Assembly: GCA_016875915.1 (NCBI GenBank)
Contig: VGOM01000001.1
Span: 32,178 to 96,177 of the forward strand
Source of the DNA: Chloroflexota bacterium
GTDB taxonomy: Bacteria; Chloroflexota; Dehalococcoidia; UBA2247; RBG-13-53-26
DNA length: 64,000 nt
Direction: 5' to 3'
Of the stretch, positions 1 to 8,901 are shown one piece after another. A model generated the notes under the pieces. The model was not told where the DNA came from. It saw nothing but the letters and a program-made list of their open reading frames with translations, and did no database searches. The position numbers were made by a program, and so were the translations under genes. Numbering within the stretch: the stretch's first letter is position 1; each line of letters opens with the position of its first letter.

Positions 1-450
1 ACGAATCACCCCCTCAGCCTGGCGCCTGTCTGCCAAATGAAGCCATTATATATCACAGTCTGATCGTGCGAAACAAGGCCAGATGCCCAGCGTGGCCTGA
101 GCACAGAGCCTAAGCGTGACAGGGCCCTCTCCGGGCACAATAGAACATAACGAAAAACCCTTGACTCACCAAACCGTGCCGGTTGTAAACTCTCGGTGCA
201 ACACTGTCGACACCCAAGCAGCACTTGCTTCACCCATGAATATTCGCGGCCATGGCTCTGTGAGAGCAGCTCAAGATAAGTGCGTGCCCCTGACCACCCT
301 GATTGATGGGCTGGGCCACACCTAGGATCTGCTAGCCTCAATACGAATCTCCGGGGGGAGATCCGATCCTATAGTCTTCTGCTCCTTTCGTGGCGAGTTC
401 GGGGTTGTTCGCCACGCGCGTCAAGGCCTTCTAGCTGTCAAAAGGGGGGT
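1..450. other. non-coding region upstream of dnaA (possible origin-proximal or regulatory region; function unknown)
   Basis: The only ORFs are short or have non-protein-like composition. G+C is visibly lower than in flanking coding DNA. There is a perfect 8-bp stem CGTGGCGA/TCGCCACG at 390-416. I found no convincing TTATCCACA-type DnaA boxes. Confidence 0.3.
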
Positions 451-1773
451 ATGAGAACAGCGAAGGAGATTTGGGACGCCTGCAAGGGCGCCCTTCAGGT
501 TCAGGTCAGCAAGTCGAACTTCGATACCTGGCTCAGGGATACCGAGGGCATCAGCTGCCAGGGCAAGCGGTTCGTTGTTGGAACACCCAGCACCTTCGCC
601 AAGGAATGGCTGGAGAAACGACTCCATTCTCTGGTAGTCAAGGTCCTCATCGGCATCACTGGGCAGGAACTCGACGTCCACTTCCAGGTCTGCCCCAGCC
701 AGGCGCCAGCCAACCAGGGGCCGGCCCCCCCGCTGCGCCGCCCAGCTTCACCCACGGCGGGTTCCAGATACACCTTCTCCAACTTCGTCGTCGGTGACTC
801 CAACCGTCTGGCCTACGCCGCCTCACTGGGCGTGGCCGAGGAGCCGGGACGGCACTACAATCCCCTCTTCATCCACGGTGGCTCCGGCCTGGGAAAGACC
901 CATCTGGCCCAAGCCATAGGCTGCGAGGCCTCCGACAACGGCTTCCAGGTGGTCTATGTGAGCAGCGAGCAGTTCACCAATGAGTTCATCACCTCCATCA
1001 GAGAGAAGAAGATGGAGGAGTTCCGAGGCAAGTTCAGGAACACCGATCTTCTCATCATCGAGGACATCCAGTTCATGGTCGGCAAGCCGCAGACCCAGGA
1101 GACCTTGTTCCACACCTTCAACGCTCTGCACGACACCAGCCGACAACTGGTGCTCACCGGTGACTGCCATCCTCGGGCGATGACTACCATGGAGCCCACC
1201 CTCTCCTCCCGCCTGTCCTCCGGACTGGTGGCCCAGGTGCAGCCGCCCGACAAGCAGATGCGCCTGGCCCTGCTCAAGGCCCGGGCCGAGGAGCACCGAA
1301 TGCTCATCGATGAGGCCGTCTTTGACTTCATCGCCCAGAGGTGCGCCGAGACCGCCAACGTGAGGGAACTCGAAGGGGCGCTGAACACCGTGGTGGCTCA
1401 TGCCAGCCTGCTTAATCAGCCGCCAACCCTGGAGCTGGCGCATCGGGCCCTGCTGGGCATGCCCTTTGTGGATTCAAGGCAAGCTACCTTCACCCCGGCT
1501 TCCATCCTCAAAGCTGTGGCCGATCACTTCCAGCTTGCCCCTGAATCGCTCAAGGGACGGAAGAAGGACCGCCGGCTGACCCTGGCCAGACAGATCGTCA
1601 TCTATCTGGTGAGGGAGAAGACCAACTGCCCACTGCAGGACATCGGCAAGCTCCTTGGGGGGCGGGATCACTCCACGGTTCTGCGCAGCTACCACAAGAT
1701 AGCCACCCTGGTGAACACTGACACCACAATCCGGGGCAAGGTCAACCATATTGCCACTGCACTTCGTGCATAG
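451..1773 (+). CDS. dnaA: chromosomal replication initiator protein DnaA
   Basis: 440-aa ORF with AAA+ Walker A (GGSGLGKTHL) and a C-terminal DnaA-box-binding domain (GGRDHSTVLRSYHKI). A G-rich SD-like tract lies directly upstream of the ATG. Confidence 0.97.
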   Translation: MRTAKEIWDACKGALQVQVSKSNFDTWLRDTEGISCQGKRFVVGTPSTFAKEWLEKRLHSLVVKVLIGITGQELDVHFQVCPSQAPANQGPAPPLRRPASPTAGSRYTFSNFVVGDSNRLAYAASLGVAEEPGRHYNPLFIHGGSGLGKTHLAQAIGCEASDNGFQVVYVSSEQFTNEFITSIREKKMEEFRGKFRNTDLLIIEDIQFMVGKPQTQETLFHTFNALHDTSRQLVLTGDCHPRAMTTMEPTLSSRLSSGLVAQVQPPDKQMRLALLKARAEEHRMLIDEAVFDFIAQRCAETANVRELEGALNTVVAHASLLNQPPTLELAHRALLGMPFVDSRQATFTPASILKAVADHFQLAPESLKGRKKDRRLTLARQIVIYLVREKTNCPLQDIGKLLGGRDHSTVLRSYHKIATLVNTDTTIRGKVNHIATALRA

Positions 1774-1918
1774 CCCCTACTACTATTGTCATACTCATCG
1801 AGAACTCCACCAGAGCAGGAAAGGCATCCCTCATTGGTCATATAATTGGTGGTTGTGCATTTCCCTCTGCCAGCGGGTCTGGCCGGCCTTCATCGGTGCG
1901 TGAGGACATGACACTGAT

Positions 1919-2488
1919 ATGACCAGCAGCAAGTGGACCAAGCTCAGTGGGGCTGCCGTGCTTCTTGGGGCTTTGATCTCAGCAGTCCTGCTGCAGGTCT
2001 GGCCGCCACCGACCACAGCGTCCACCGTTGAAGAGGACATGCTGCAGCCGGGGGACATCATCTTCGTTGACCTCTACAGTGGTTGGTGCCATGTTGGCCA
2101 CTGGGACCACATGGCGCTCTATGTTGGAGAGCAGCCCTACCCCGGGGTCGTGGAGGCCACCTACAACGGCGGAGTGTGCTACACCCCATTGCCGTCATTC
2201 CTGGAGCGGGACTACCCGGCCCGTCTGGCAGTGAAGAGGCTCGGCGATGTGCCCGGCCGGGAGGAGTCCCTGCAGAAGGCCATTGCCTATGCCCTGGCGG
2301 AGGTCGGCAACGCGTTTGACTTCTCCGCCACGGCGACCATCCCCCTGAAGGCCAGCGCACAGAACCAGCACTGTGCCGAGGTGATCTGGCGGGCCTACAA
2401 GGCGGGCGGGATCGATCTGGACAGCAATGACGGCCCGCTGCTCTACCCCGACGACGTGTACTACAGCCCCAGGCTGAGATCGGCATGA
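1919..2488 (+). CDS. YiiX/YaeF-family permuted papain-like amidase (peptidase C92-like) with N-terminal membrane anchor or signal
   Basis: Matches E. coli YiiX landmarks: GDIIF, H..ALYVG, VVEAT..V.YTPL, AFDFS, and the catalytic-Cys context QHCAEVIWRAY. It has a hydrophobic N-terminus, and its stop overlaps the nadD start (ATGA). Confidence 0.75.
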   Translation: MTSSKWTKLSGAAVLLGALISAVLLQVWPPPTTASTVEEDMLQPGDIIFVDLYSGWCHVGHWDHMALYVGEQPYPGVVEATYNGGVCYTPLPSFLERDYPARLAVKRLGDVPGREESLQKAIAYALAEVGNAFDFSATATIPLKASAQNQHCAEVIWRAYKAGGIDLDSNDGPLLYPDDVYYSPRLRSA

Positions 2489-3144
2489 AAGCGGGTGTGT
2501 TCGGAGGCACCTTCGACCCCATCCACTTGGGCCACCTCGGTGCGGCCGAGGCCACCAGGCGGGTGTTGGGACTGGACAGAGTGATCTTCATCCCGGCAGG
2601 GCTACCCTGGCTGAAGACAGGGGTCACCGTGTCGGCGGCGCATCATCGCCTAGAGATGGTCCGTCTGGCCCTGGCCGGATGTAGCCACTTCGAGCTATCC
2701 CGGATGGAGATCGACCGCCCCGGCCCTTCGTACACCGTGGACACCGTGAGGGCGCTGCGAAGGGAGATGGGGCAGGACACTGGGCTGTTTCTGCTCCTCG
2801 GCAGCGATGCCCTTGGGGACTTCCCACGGTGGAAGGAGCCGGAGCGACTGATGGAGATCTGCCGGCTGGCGGCGTTCTCCAGACCCAACATCGCCTTGCC
2901 CCCGCTGGACCGCCTGGAGCGGGCGGTGCCCGGCATCTCCGGACGGATCGACTTCGTGGAGATACCGCAGGTGGACGTCAGTGCCACAGAGATCCGCCGG
3001 CTGATCACCCTCGGGGAGTCCATCGGACACCTCGTCCCTCGGGCTGTGGAGGGCTACATCGTCGAGCACGACCTGTATGCTGACGATCTTCGCCGGCCGG
3101 AACAGGAGGCAGAGGTTGATCGGGCCGGCGGCGACAGCCTATAA
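2485..3144 (+). CDS. nadD: nicotinate-nucleotide adenylyltransferase
   Basis: N-terminal GGTFDPIHLGH nucleotidyltransferase motif, length 219 aa, typical NadD C-terminal SATEIR motif. Confidence 0.92.
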   Translation: MKAGVFGGTFDPIHLGHLGAAEATRRVLGLDRVIFIPAGLPWLKTGVTVSAAHHRLEMVRLALAGCSHFELSRMEIDRPGPSYTVDTVRALRREMGQDTGLFLLLGSDALGDFPRWKEPERLMEICRLAAFSRPNIALPPLDRLERAVPGISGRIDFVEIPQVDVSATEIRRLITLGESIGHLVPRAVEGYIVEHDLYADDLRRPEQEAEVDRAGGDSL

Positions 3145-3165
3145 TCGACCCTCCAGGGCGGGGAC

Positions 3166-3621
3166 ATGCGTCAGGTCGGAGTCAAGCTGGTTCATCCAGG
3201 CGCCAGACTGCCTCAGAGGATGACTCCGGGCAGTGCCGGTTTCGATCTCTGCGCTGCGGAGAGCGTCACCGTCCCGCCCACACGCTGCGGACCGGACGGC
3301 AGTGCCGAGGTGGGCCGGGCACTGGTTTCCACGGGCATTGTGATTGAGCTGCCTCCGGAGACAGTGGGCCGGATCGCCTCACGGTCCGGGCTATCGGTGA
3401 AGGCCAACCTGGAGGTGGGTGCCGGCTGGATCGACAGCGACTACCGGGGCACCCTGATGGTGGAACTGAAGAACTTCGGCTCGAAACCCTATCCGGTCAG
3501 GGAAGGTGACCGCATCGCGCAACTGGTGGTCCTGCCGGTCGTCGATGCCGAGGTCAGGGTGGTCGCCGAAACGGCGGAGACGGGGCGGGGCGGGGCGGGA
3601 TTTGGGTCGACGGGCGACTGA
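3166..3621 (+). CDS. dut: dUTP diphosphatase
   Basis: Trimeric dUTPase motifs: GSAGFDL, SRSGL, GWIDSDYRG, GDRIAQLV, and C-terminal RGGAGFGSTG. Confidence 0.93.
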   Translation: MRQVGVKLVHPGARLPQRMTPGSAGFDLCAAESVTVPPTRCGPDGSAEVGRALVSTGIVIELPPETVGRIASRSGLSVKANLEVGAGWIDSDYRGTLMVELKNFGSKPYPVREGDRIAQLVVLPVVDAEVRVVAETAETGRGGAGFGSTGD

Positions 3622-3696
3622 TGAGGCGCCGCGGGGCCAGGGCCGAGGTGACGAGCCGGTCACCGGGAATGCCGCAAACGAGGGGGCTGCCTGACT

Positions 3697-4359
3697 ATGG
3701 ATGAGAGGGCCATGCACGTAACCCAGATCGAGGCCAGGGACCTGTCGGAGGCGTGGTTTCTCTGCCTCCGTGCCGCTCTGACCCAGGGCTACGAATACCG
3801 GATAGACCGAGGCAGCTTCGAGGGCCAGCGCCGCAAGGAGCTGGACCTGGCGGTGATCCAGATTCGGCAGCCGGGGATCAGGCCCCTGGTCCCGGATGTG
3901 CCCCTGGGCGTGCCGCCGCCGACGACCATGGAGTATGTGGAGGCCTACCTGCCCTATCTGATGACTTCCTGCAAGGCCGAAGGGGAGCAGTACACCTACG
4001 GGGAGGACCTTGAGCCGCAGATCCCAGAGGTCATCCGGATGTACAGGGCGGGAGGATACAACACCAACCAGGCCTACATGGCGGTGGGCAGCCGGGAGTC
4101 CATCTACCTCGGAGACCCCCCTTGTCTCAGGGGGATACACACCAGAATCAGGTATGGCCGGTTCCATTTCGTGGTCTACTTCCGGTCCTGGGATCTCTGG
4201 GGAGGCTTCCCGTCCAATCTGGCGGCACTGCAGCTCTTGAAAGAGGACATGGCGGGCGAGATCGGGATCCCCGACGGCGAGATGATCTGCCTCAGCAGCG
4301 GGCTGCACATCTACGAGCACGCGTGGGAACTGGCCAAGCTGGTGGCCCGCCTCGACTAA
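3697..4359 (+). CDS. thymidylate synthase-like protein, short (about 220 aa) archaeal/methanogen type
   Basis: ThyA-fold landmarks: catalytic-Cys context DPPCL and the RSxDxxxGxPxN motif (FRSWDLWGGFPSNLAALQ). It is much shorter than bacterial ThyA and lies directly downstream of dut. Confidence 0.7.
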   Translation: MDERAMHVTQIEARDLSEAWFLCLRAALTQGYEYRIDRGSFEGQRRKELDLAVIQIRQPGIRPLVPDVPLGVPPPTTMEYVEAYLPYLMTSCKAEGEQYTYGEDLEPQIPEVIRMYRAGGYNTNQAYMAVGSRESIYLGDPPCLRGIHTRIRYGRFHFVVYFRSWDLWGGFPSNLAALQLLKEDMAGEIGIPDGEMICLSSGLHIYEHAWELAKLVARLD

Positions 4360-4479
4360 CCGCCCCCCCTGCAGACCTATTGTCGGTCAGGGCCGCCGCG
4401 CGCCCGACGAGGCGTCCGATTGGTAATCCCCACTCGAAGGGTATATACTTTTCTGTGACTTTTGCCGGGAGGTGGTTTT

Positions 4480-4692
4480 GTGGAGTCTACGTCGTTGCCC
4501 AAGTGCCAGAAGTGCAGCAGCGGTGATCTGGTGCCTCTGTCGGATTTCGGCAGCCAGGGGGCCCCGATTCACTATAAGGCCTGGGTATGCACCAACCCCA
4601 ACTGCGGGTTCAATCTGAAGATCAGGAATGGTGACGTTTACATAAACGAGCCGGTCCAGAGTGGAGCGATGCACAACGCCCGGGTGCGGTAG
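4480..4692 (+). CDS. small zinc-ribbon protein (hypothetical)
   Basis: Two CxxC pairs (CQKC ... CTNPNC). A GGGAGGTGG SD lies 4 nt upstream of the GTG at 4480; the ORF is open from TTG at 4462. Confidence 0.45.
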   Translation: MESTSLPKCQKCSSGDLVPLSDFGSQGAPIHYKAWVCTNPNCGFNLKIRNGDVYINEPVQSGAMHNARVR

Positions 4693-4714
4693 GCTCTCCC
4701 GGTTGACCTAGATA

Positions 4715-5422
4715 GTGGTTCTGCAGACGCCGCTGCGCGCGGTCGGAAGCAAGCTGATCGACCTCCTCTTCCCACCCACCTGCGTCGGATGTGGAAGGGA
4801 GGGGGCTTTCCTCTGCCCGGCGTGCGTGGCGGGAGTGCACCGCCTCCCGCCGCCGCTCTGTCCCGCCTGCGGCAGGCCCTTGATCCGGGAGGAGTGGTGC
4901 CCGTCGTGTCGGAGATGGAAGCTGGATATTGACGGTATTCGGTCGCCATTCGCCCTTCAGGGGGTGCTTCGCCAGGCGATACACCGCTTCAAGTACGGCG
5001 GGTTCAAGGCGCTGTCCGCACCCCTGGCTGAGCTGCTGGCCCAGAGTCTGGACAGCAGGCCGCTCCCGGCGGAGGTTCTGTCCCCCGTCCCCCTGCACCC
5101 CCGGCGACTCCGGGATCGGGGCTACAATCAGTCCGGACTGCTGGCCCGCGAGCTGGGCCGGCTGACCGGGCTGCCGGTGGAGGAGCAGACCCTGTTCAGG
5201 CACCGCAACAGCCCGGCTCAGGCCAGGACACCCGATGCCGAGGAGCGGCGGAGGAATGTGTCGGACGCCTTCGGCTGCCGCGGCCATGCCTTGAGGGGGA
5301 AGCGGGTACTCCTCATCGACGACGTTTGCACCACGGGGGCCACCCTCAACGCCTGCTCCTCGGCCCTGAAGACGGCGGGGGCTGCCTCCGTCTGGGGCCT
5401 GGCCCTGGCCAGAGAGATATGA
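4715..5422 (+). CDS. comF: ComF family protein (phosphoribosyltransferase domain, N-terminal zinc finger)
   Basis: N-terminal CxxC x2 motifs, RGYNQS, and the PRTase motif [14 protein letters not shown]. Confidence 0.85.
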   Translation: MVLQTPLRAVGSKLIDLLFPPTCVGCGREGAFLCPACVAGVHRLPPPLCPACGRPLIREEWCPSCRRWKLDIDGIRSPFALQGVLRQAIHRFKYGGFKALSAPLAELLAQSLDSRPLPAEVLSPVPLHPRRLRDRGYNQSGLLARELGRLTGLPVEEQTLFRHRNSPAQARTPDAEERRRNVSDAFGCRGHALRGKRVLLIDDVCTTGATLNACSSALKTAGAASVWGLALAREI

Positions 5423-6651
5423 AGGAACTTCCCAACATAGACCCGGAGATCGTCTCCATCATCCGCAAGGAAGAGAAACGGCAGCGGGAGAAGCTGGTCT
5501 TCATCGCTTCCGAGAACTACGTCAGCCGGGCGGTGCTTGAGGCGCAGGCCACGGTGCTGACCAACAAGTATGCGGAGGGCTACCCCGGCCGCCGCTACTA
5601 CGGCGGCTGTCAGGAGATCGACGAGTTGGAGGAGGCGGCCATTGCCAGAGCCAGGCAGCTCTTCCAGGCCGAGTACGCCAACGTCCAGCCACACAGCGGG
5701 ACCCAGGCCAATGCGGCGGGCTATCTGGCCCTGCTGGACGAAGGTGACACAGTGATGAGCATGAGCCTGGCCCATGGGGGTCACCTCAGCCACGGGAGCC
5801 CGGTGAGCTTCTCCGGCAAATGGTACCGCTTCGTCCACTATGGGGTGAACCGGGATACGGAGACCATTGACTACGATGAGGTCGAGGCACTGGCCAGGAA
5901 ACACCGGCCGAAGCTGATCGTGGCTGGAGCCAGCTCCTACCCCCGGATCATCGATTTCCAGAGGTTTCATCAGATCGCCGAGAGCGCGGAGGCCCGGCTC
6001 TTGGTGGATATGGCCCATATCGCTGGCATGGTGGCCGGTGGGGCGCATCCCTCTCCGGTGCCTTGGGCGGACATGGTCACGGCCACGACACACAAGACGT
6101 TGCGGGGCCCCCGGGGCGGCTTCATCCTGGCCAAGCAGGTCCATGGCAAGTCGCTGGACAGCGCCGTCTTCCCGGGGATACAGGGCGGCCCTCTGATGCA
6201 TGTCATTGCGGCCAAGGCGGTCTGCTTCCACGAGGCAATGCAGCCGGAATTCGCCGCCTATCAGCGCCGGGTGGTGGCCAACGCCCGGGCGCTGGCGGAG
6301 GAGTTGGCCGCCGCCGGATTCCGTCTGGTCGCCGGGGGCACGGACAACCACCTGGTCCTTATTGACCTCCGCGGAGTGGGGATCACCGGGATAGCGGCGC
6401 AGGAGGCTCTGGACGGCGCGGGCATATGCGCCAACCGGAACAGCATTCCCTTCGACCCTCTTCCCGCGCAGTCGGCCAGCGGGCTGCGGCTCGGGACGCC
6501 GGCGGTGACCACCAGAGGGCTGGGTCCGCAGGAAATGAAGCTGGTCGCCCGGCTGATCGCCAGGGTGCTGGCCGACCTGGGCAACGAGAGGGCGAAGTCG
6601 GAGGTGGCCGGTGAGGTGGCGGGGGTCTGCGCCCGATTCCCCCTGCCCTGA
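5419..6651 (+). CDS. glyA: serine hydroxymethyltransferase
   Basis: Conserved SHMT sequence (ASENYVS, PLP-lysine context [12 protein letters not shown]). The ATG at 5419 overlaps the comF stop, so the longer ORF from 5326 is an upstream extension. Confidence 0.97.
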   Translation: MKELPNIDPEIVSIIRKEEKRQREKLVFIASENYVSRAVLEAQATVLTNKYAEGYPGRRYYGGCQEIDELEEAAIARARQLFQAEYANVQPHSGTQANAAGYLALLDEGDTVMSMSLAHGGHLSHGSPVSFSGKWYRFVHYGVNRDTETIDYDEVEALARKHRPKLIVAGASSYPRIIDFQRFHQIAESAEARLLVDMAHIAGMVAGGAHPSPVPWADMVTATTHKTLRGPRGGFILAKQVHGKSLDSAVFPGIQGGPLMHVIAAKAVCFHEAMQPEFAAYQRRVVANARALAEELAAAGFRLVAGGTDNHLVLIDLRGVGITGIAAQEALDGAGICANRNSIPFDPLPAQSASGLRLGTPAVTTRGLGPQEMKLVARLIARVLADLGNERAKSEVAGEVAGVCARFPLP

Positions 6652-6724
6652 GGTTGTGGGCCGAACATAAGTGTGCTATAGTTTGGGACGATATTGTCCG
6701 TGCTGGTGACGGAGGGAGCAGAAG

Positions 6725-7009
6725 TTGCGAGACTATGAGTTGACGGTGGTGTTCAGTCCCGAGATCGCCGAGGAGGAACTGCCCGGTGAGATAGACAAGG
6801 TCAGCCAACTGATCGCCCAGAAGGGAGGCGCCCCGGGGGAGGCCAACCGATGGGGCAGGAGGAAGCTGGCCTATCCGCTGAAGAAGTTCCGGGAGGGGAA
6901 CTACGTGCTGACCCCGCTGAAGATCGACCCGGACGCCGCTCCCGAGCTGGAGAAGGGCCTCCGGGGTGTCGAGCAGATACTGCGATATCTCCTGGTGAAG
7001 GTGGAGTAG
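6725..7009 (+). CDS. rpsF: 30S ribosomal protein S6
   Basis: MRDYELTVVF... S6 signature, TTG start preceded by GGAGGGAG, first gene of the rpsF-ssb-rpsR order. Confidence 0.95.
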   Translation: MRDYELTVVFSPEIAEEELPGEIDKVSQLIAQKGGAPGEANRWGRRKLAYPLKKFREGNYVLTPLKIDPDAAPELEKGLRGVEQILRYLLVKVE

Positions 7010-7026
7010 ACCGGGGAAGGGGACCA

Positions 7027-7434
7027 ATGGCCAACTTGAACAAGGTGATGATCATCGGCAATGTGGGCACAGACCCGGAGATGCGCTACACCCCCAATGG
7101 GAACCCGGTGACCAGTTTCCGGATCGCCACCAGCCGGGTGTTCAACAGCCCCGAAGGAGAAAGGAAGCAGGAGACCGAGTGGTTCACTGTGGTCACCTGG
7201 AACAAGCTGGCCGAGAGCTGCAATCAGTACCTGAACAAGGGGAAGAGGGTCTACGTGGAGGGCCGGCTGCGAACGCGTGCCTGGGAGGGCCAGGATGGGC
7301 AGAAGCGGAGCCGCATCGAGATAGTGGCGGAGCGCGTGCTCTTTCTGGACCGCCAGGTCGGTGCGCTGCCCCCGGAGGAGGCGAAGCTCGACAGGGTTGA
7401 GGATGCCACCACCGAGGACGATCTTCCATTCTAG
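7027..7434 (+). CDS. ssb: single-stranded DNA-binding protein
   Basis: OB-fold N-terminus MANLNKVMIIGNVGTDPE and an acidic C-terminal tip DDLPF. The ORF from 6850 is an upstream extension. Confidence 0.95.
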   Translation: MANLNKVMIIGNVGTDPEMRYTPNGNPVTSFRIATSRVFNSPEGERKQETEWFTVVTWNKLAESCNQYLNKGKRVYVEGRLRTRAWEGQDGQKRSRIEIVAERVLFLDRQVGALPPEEAKLDRVEDATTEDDLPF

Positions 7435-7449
7435 AGCTTGAGAGGGAGT

Positions 7450-7773
7450 ATGGCGGATAGAAGAGGACCATCAAGGGTGCCGGGCAGGCCCGGGAGATCG
7501 GGCAAGCCCAAGTATGTCCCCCGGCGGAGAGCCTGCGTGTTCTGTGCCGACAAGGGGAAGGCGATCACCTACAAGGATCCGGCCTCGTTGAGGCGCTTCG
7601 TCTCGGATCGATGCAAGATAGAGCCCCGGCGCAGGACGGGCAACTGCGCCAAGCATCAGCGGGCGCTGGCCATGGCCATCAAGAGGGCCCGTCATCTGGC
7701 TCTGCTGCCGTACGTGCCGGCGCACATGCGGAGGGCGGGCGCGGCGACTCTGCGTGAGTTGCACCCTGCCTGA
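7450..7773 (+). CDS. rpsR: 30S ribosomal protein S18
   Basis: S18 core (CVFC...ITYKD...[22 protein letters not shown]). A GAGGGAG SD lies upstream of the ATG at 7450. Confidence 0.93.
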   Translation: MADRRGPSRVPGRPGRSGKPKYVPRRRACVFCADKGKAITYKDPASLRRFVSDRCKIEPRRRTGNCAKHQRALAMAIKRARHLALLPYVPAHMRRAGAATLRELHPA

Positions 7774-7840
7774 TTGCCCGCCCCGGTCTGCCCCATGCCA
7801 GGCGTGAAGCCGAGTTCTTGTCTTTCCGTGAGGGTGAGGC

Positions 7841-8884
7841 TTGGACAAGAAGCTGAAGGTTGATGCATCGGCCCGGAAGGCGGAGCCCAAGCGCAGACTC
7901 TCCAAGTGGGAGGCGGAGCGGCGGCGGCGGAACCTGGTCCTGGCTGTCATCTCCTTGACCATCGTCGCGGCTGTGGGCATTATCGCCTACGGCTACTATG
8001 CCACCCGGGTCAGGCCCTGGCATCAGCCCATTGTCAGAGTGAACGATACCGTATTCGATATGGAGTACTTCGTGGGGATGCTGCGCTTGTGGGGGGTGGG
8101 ACAGAACCCCTCCGCGGGCGTGGAGACGGCCCAGCAGAGAGCCGCGGAGATGATCAGCAATGAGTTGATGCGGCAGGGCGCCGCGGAGCTGTTCGGGCTG
8201 GCCGTCAGCCGGGAGGCCATCGAAGGAGAGATCCGGGAGATCTTCGGGCTGGAAGTGACCGACGCCGATTTCGAGCAGAAGTACCGCGATGCCCTGAAGA
8301 ACCTGGCCGAGATGGGGCTGTCCCAGGCCGATTTCCATCGGCTCTATGCGGACAGCCTGTCGGAACCCCAGTGGCTGCGCAGTCAGCTGCTGGCCCGCTT
8401 CGGCGAGGAGAGATACCCCTCCGACGGGCTCGTCCCCCATGTCCACATCCAGGCCATGCTGGTCACCGGGTCGGACAACGCCACTGCCGTCAAGGCCCGC
8501 TGGAGTGAGGGCATCACCCAGCTGTCGGCGGCCTTCCCCGACGCGCGGTTCTATCCCACCAAAGAGGCGGTGGAATGGCTGCCCAAGGGGATTGAGAGCA
8601 CCGCCTTCGATGACTACGCCTTCGGCGACGCGTCCAGGACGGAGAATCTCGGCCTGATCAGCGATCCCATCGAAGACAGCGACGAGTCGGGGAAGTTGTG
8701 GGTCATACAGGTGCTGGGCGCAGAGGACAGGCCTCTCAGTGAGGATGACCGGAATGAGTTGACCAGCCAGGCCTTGAACGAGTGGCTGGAGAATGAGAAG
8801 AAGCCCGAGGTCAACGAGGTGGTCAACTACCTTGAAGGTGGGGACGGGTACCGGAAGATCTACTGGGCCCTGGACCATGTCTAG
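7841..8884 (+). CDS. membrane-anchored hypothetical protein, SurA-N/PpiD-like chaperone domain suspected
   Basis: 347-aa ORF with a basic N-terminus plus one TM helix (LVLAVISLTIVAAVGIIAYGYY). The remainder is helical and acidic, with good coding-like composition. The functional call is weak. Confidence 0.5.
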   Translation: MDKKLKVDASARKAEPKRRLSKWEAERRRRNLVLAVISLTIVAAVGIIAYGYYATRVRPWHQPIVRVNDTVFDMEYFVGMLRLWGVGQNPSAGVETAQQRAAEMISNELMRQGAAELFGLAVSREAIEGEIREIFGLEVTDADFEQKYRDALKNLAEMGLSQADFHRLYADSLSEPQWLRSQLLARFGEERYPSDGLVPHVHIQAMLVTGSDNATAVKARWSEGITQLSAAFPDARFYPTKEAVEWLPKGIESTAFDDYAFGDASRTENLGLISDPIEDSDESGKLWVIQVLGAEDRPLSEDDRNELTSQALNEWLENEKKPEVNEVVNYLEGGDGYRKIYWALDHV

Positions 8885-8901
8885 GGCGAGCAGGGGCTGA
8901 C

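Noticed and set aside
102-262. 9-nt long-range complementarity CACAGAGCC (102-110) with GGCTCTGTG (254-262), suggesting a closed RNA domain.
   Set aside because: In 450 nt the expected number of chance 9-mer complementary pairs is of the order of 0.4, so this alone is not evidence of structure.
1-450. RNase P RNA, tmRNA, SRP RNA or 6S RNA upstream of dnaA.
   Set aside because: I searched both strands by eye for GAGGAAAGTCC and ACAGAACCCGGCTTA (RNase P). I also searched for a GGGG...TCCACCA frame with a T-arm (tmRNA) and for GGTCCGGAAGGAAGCAGC (SRP). Only weak partial resemblances turned up, such as CACAGAGCCTAAGCG and CCCAAGCAGCAC.
5218-6351. 377-aa minus-strand ORF antisense to glyA. Similar long antisense ORFs lie at 3391-4320, 7679-8878, 9190-10218, 16526-17440, 17969-18910, 20855-21766, 21812-22834, 27953-29080 and 48480-49454.
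   Set aside because: All overlap strongly supported genes on the other strand and have shadow-ORF composition.
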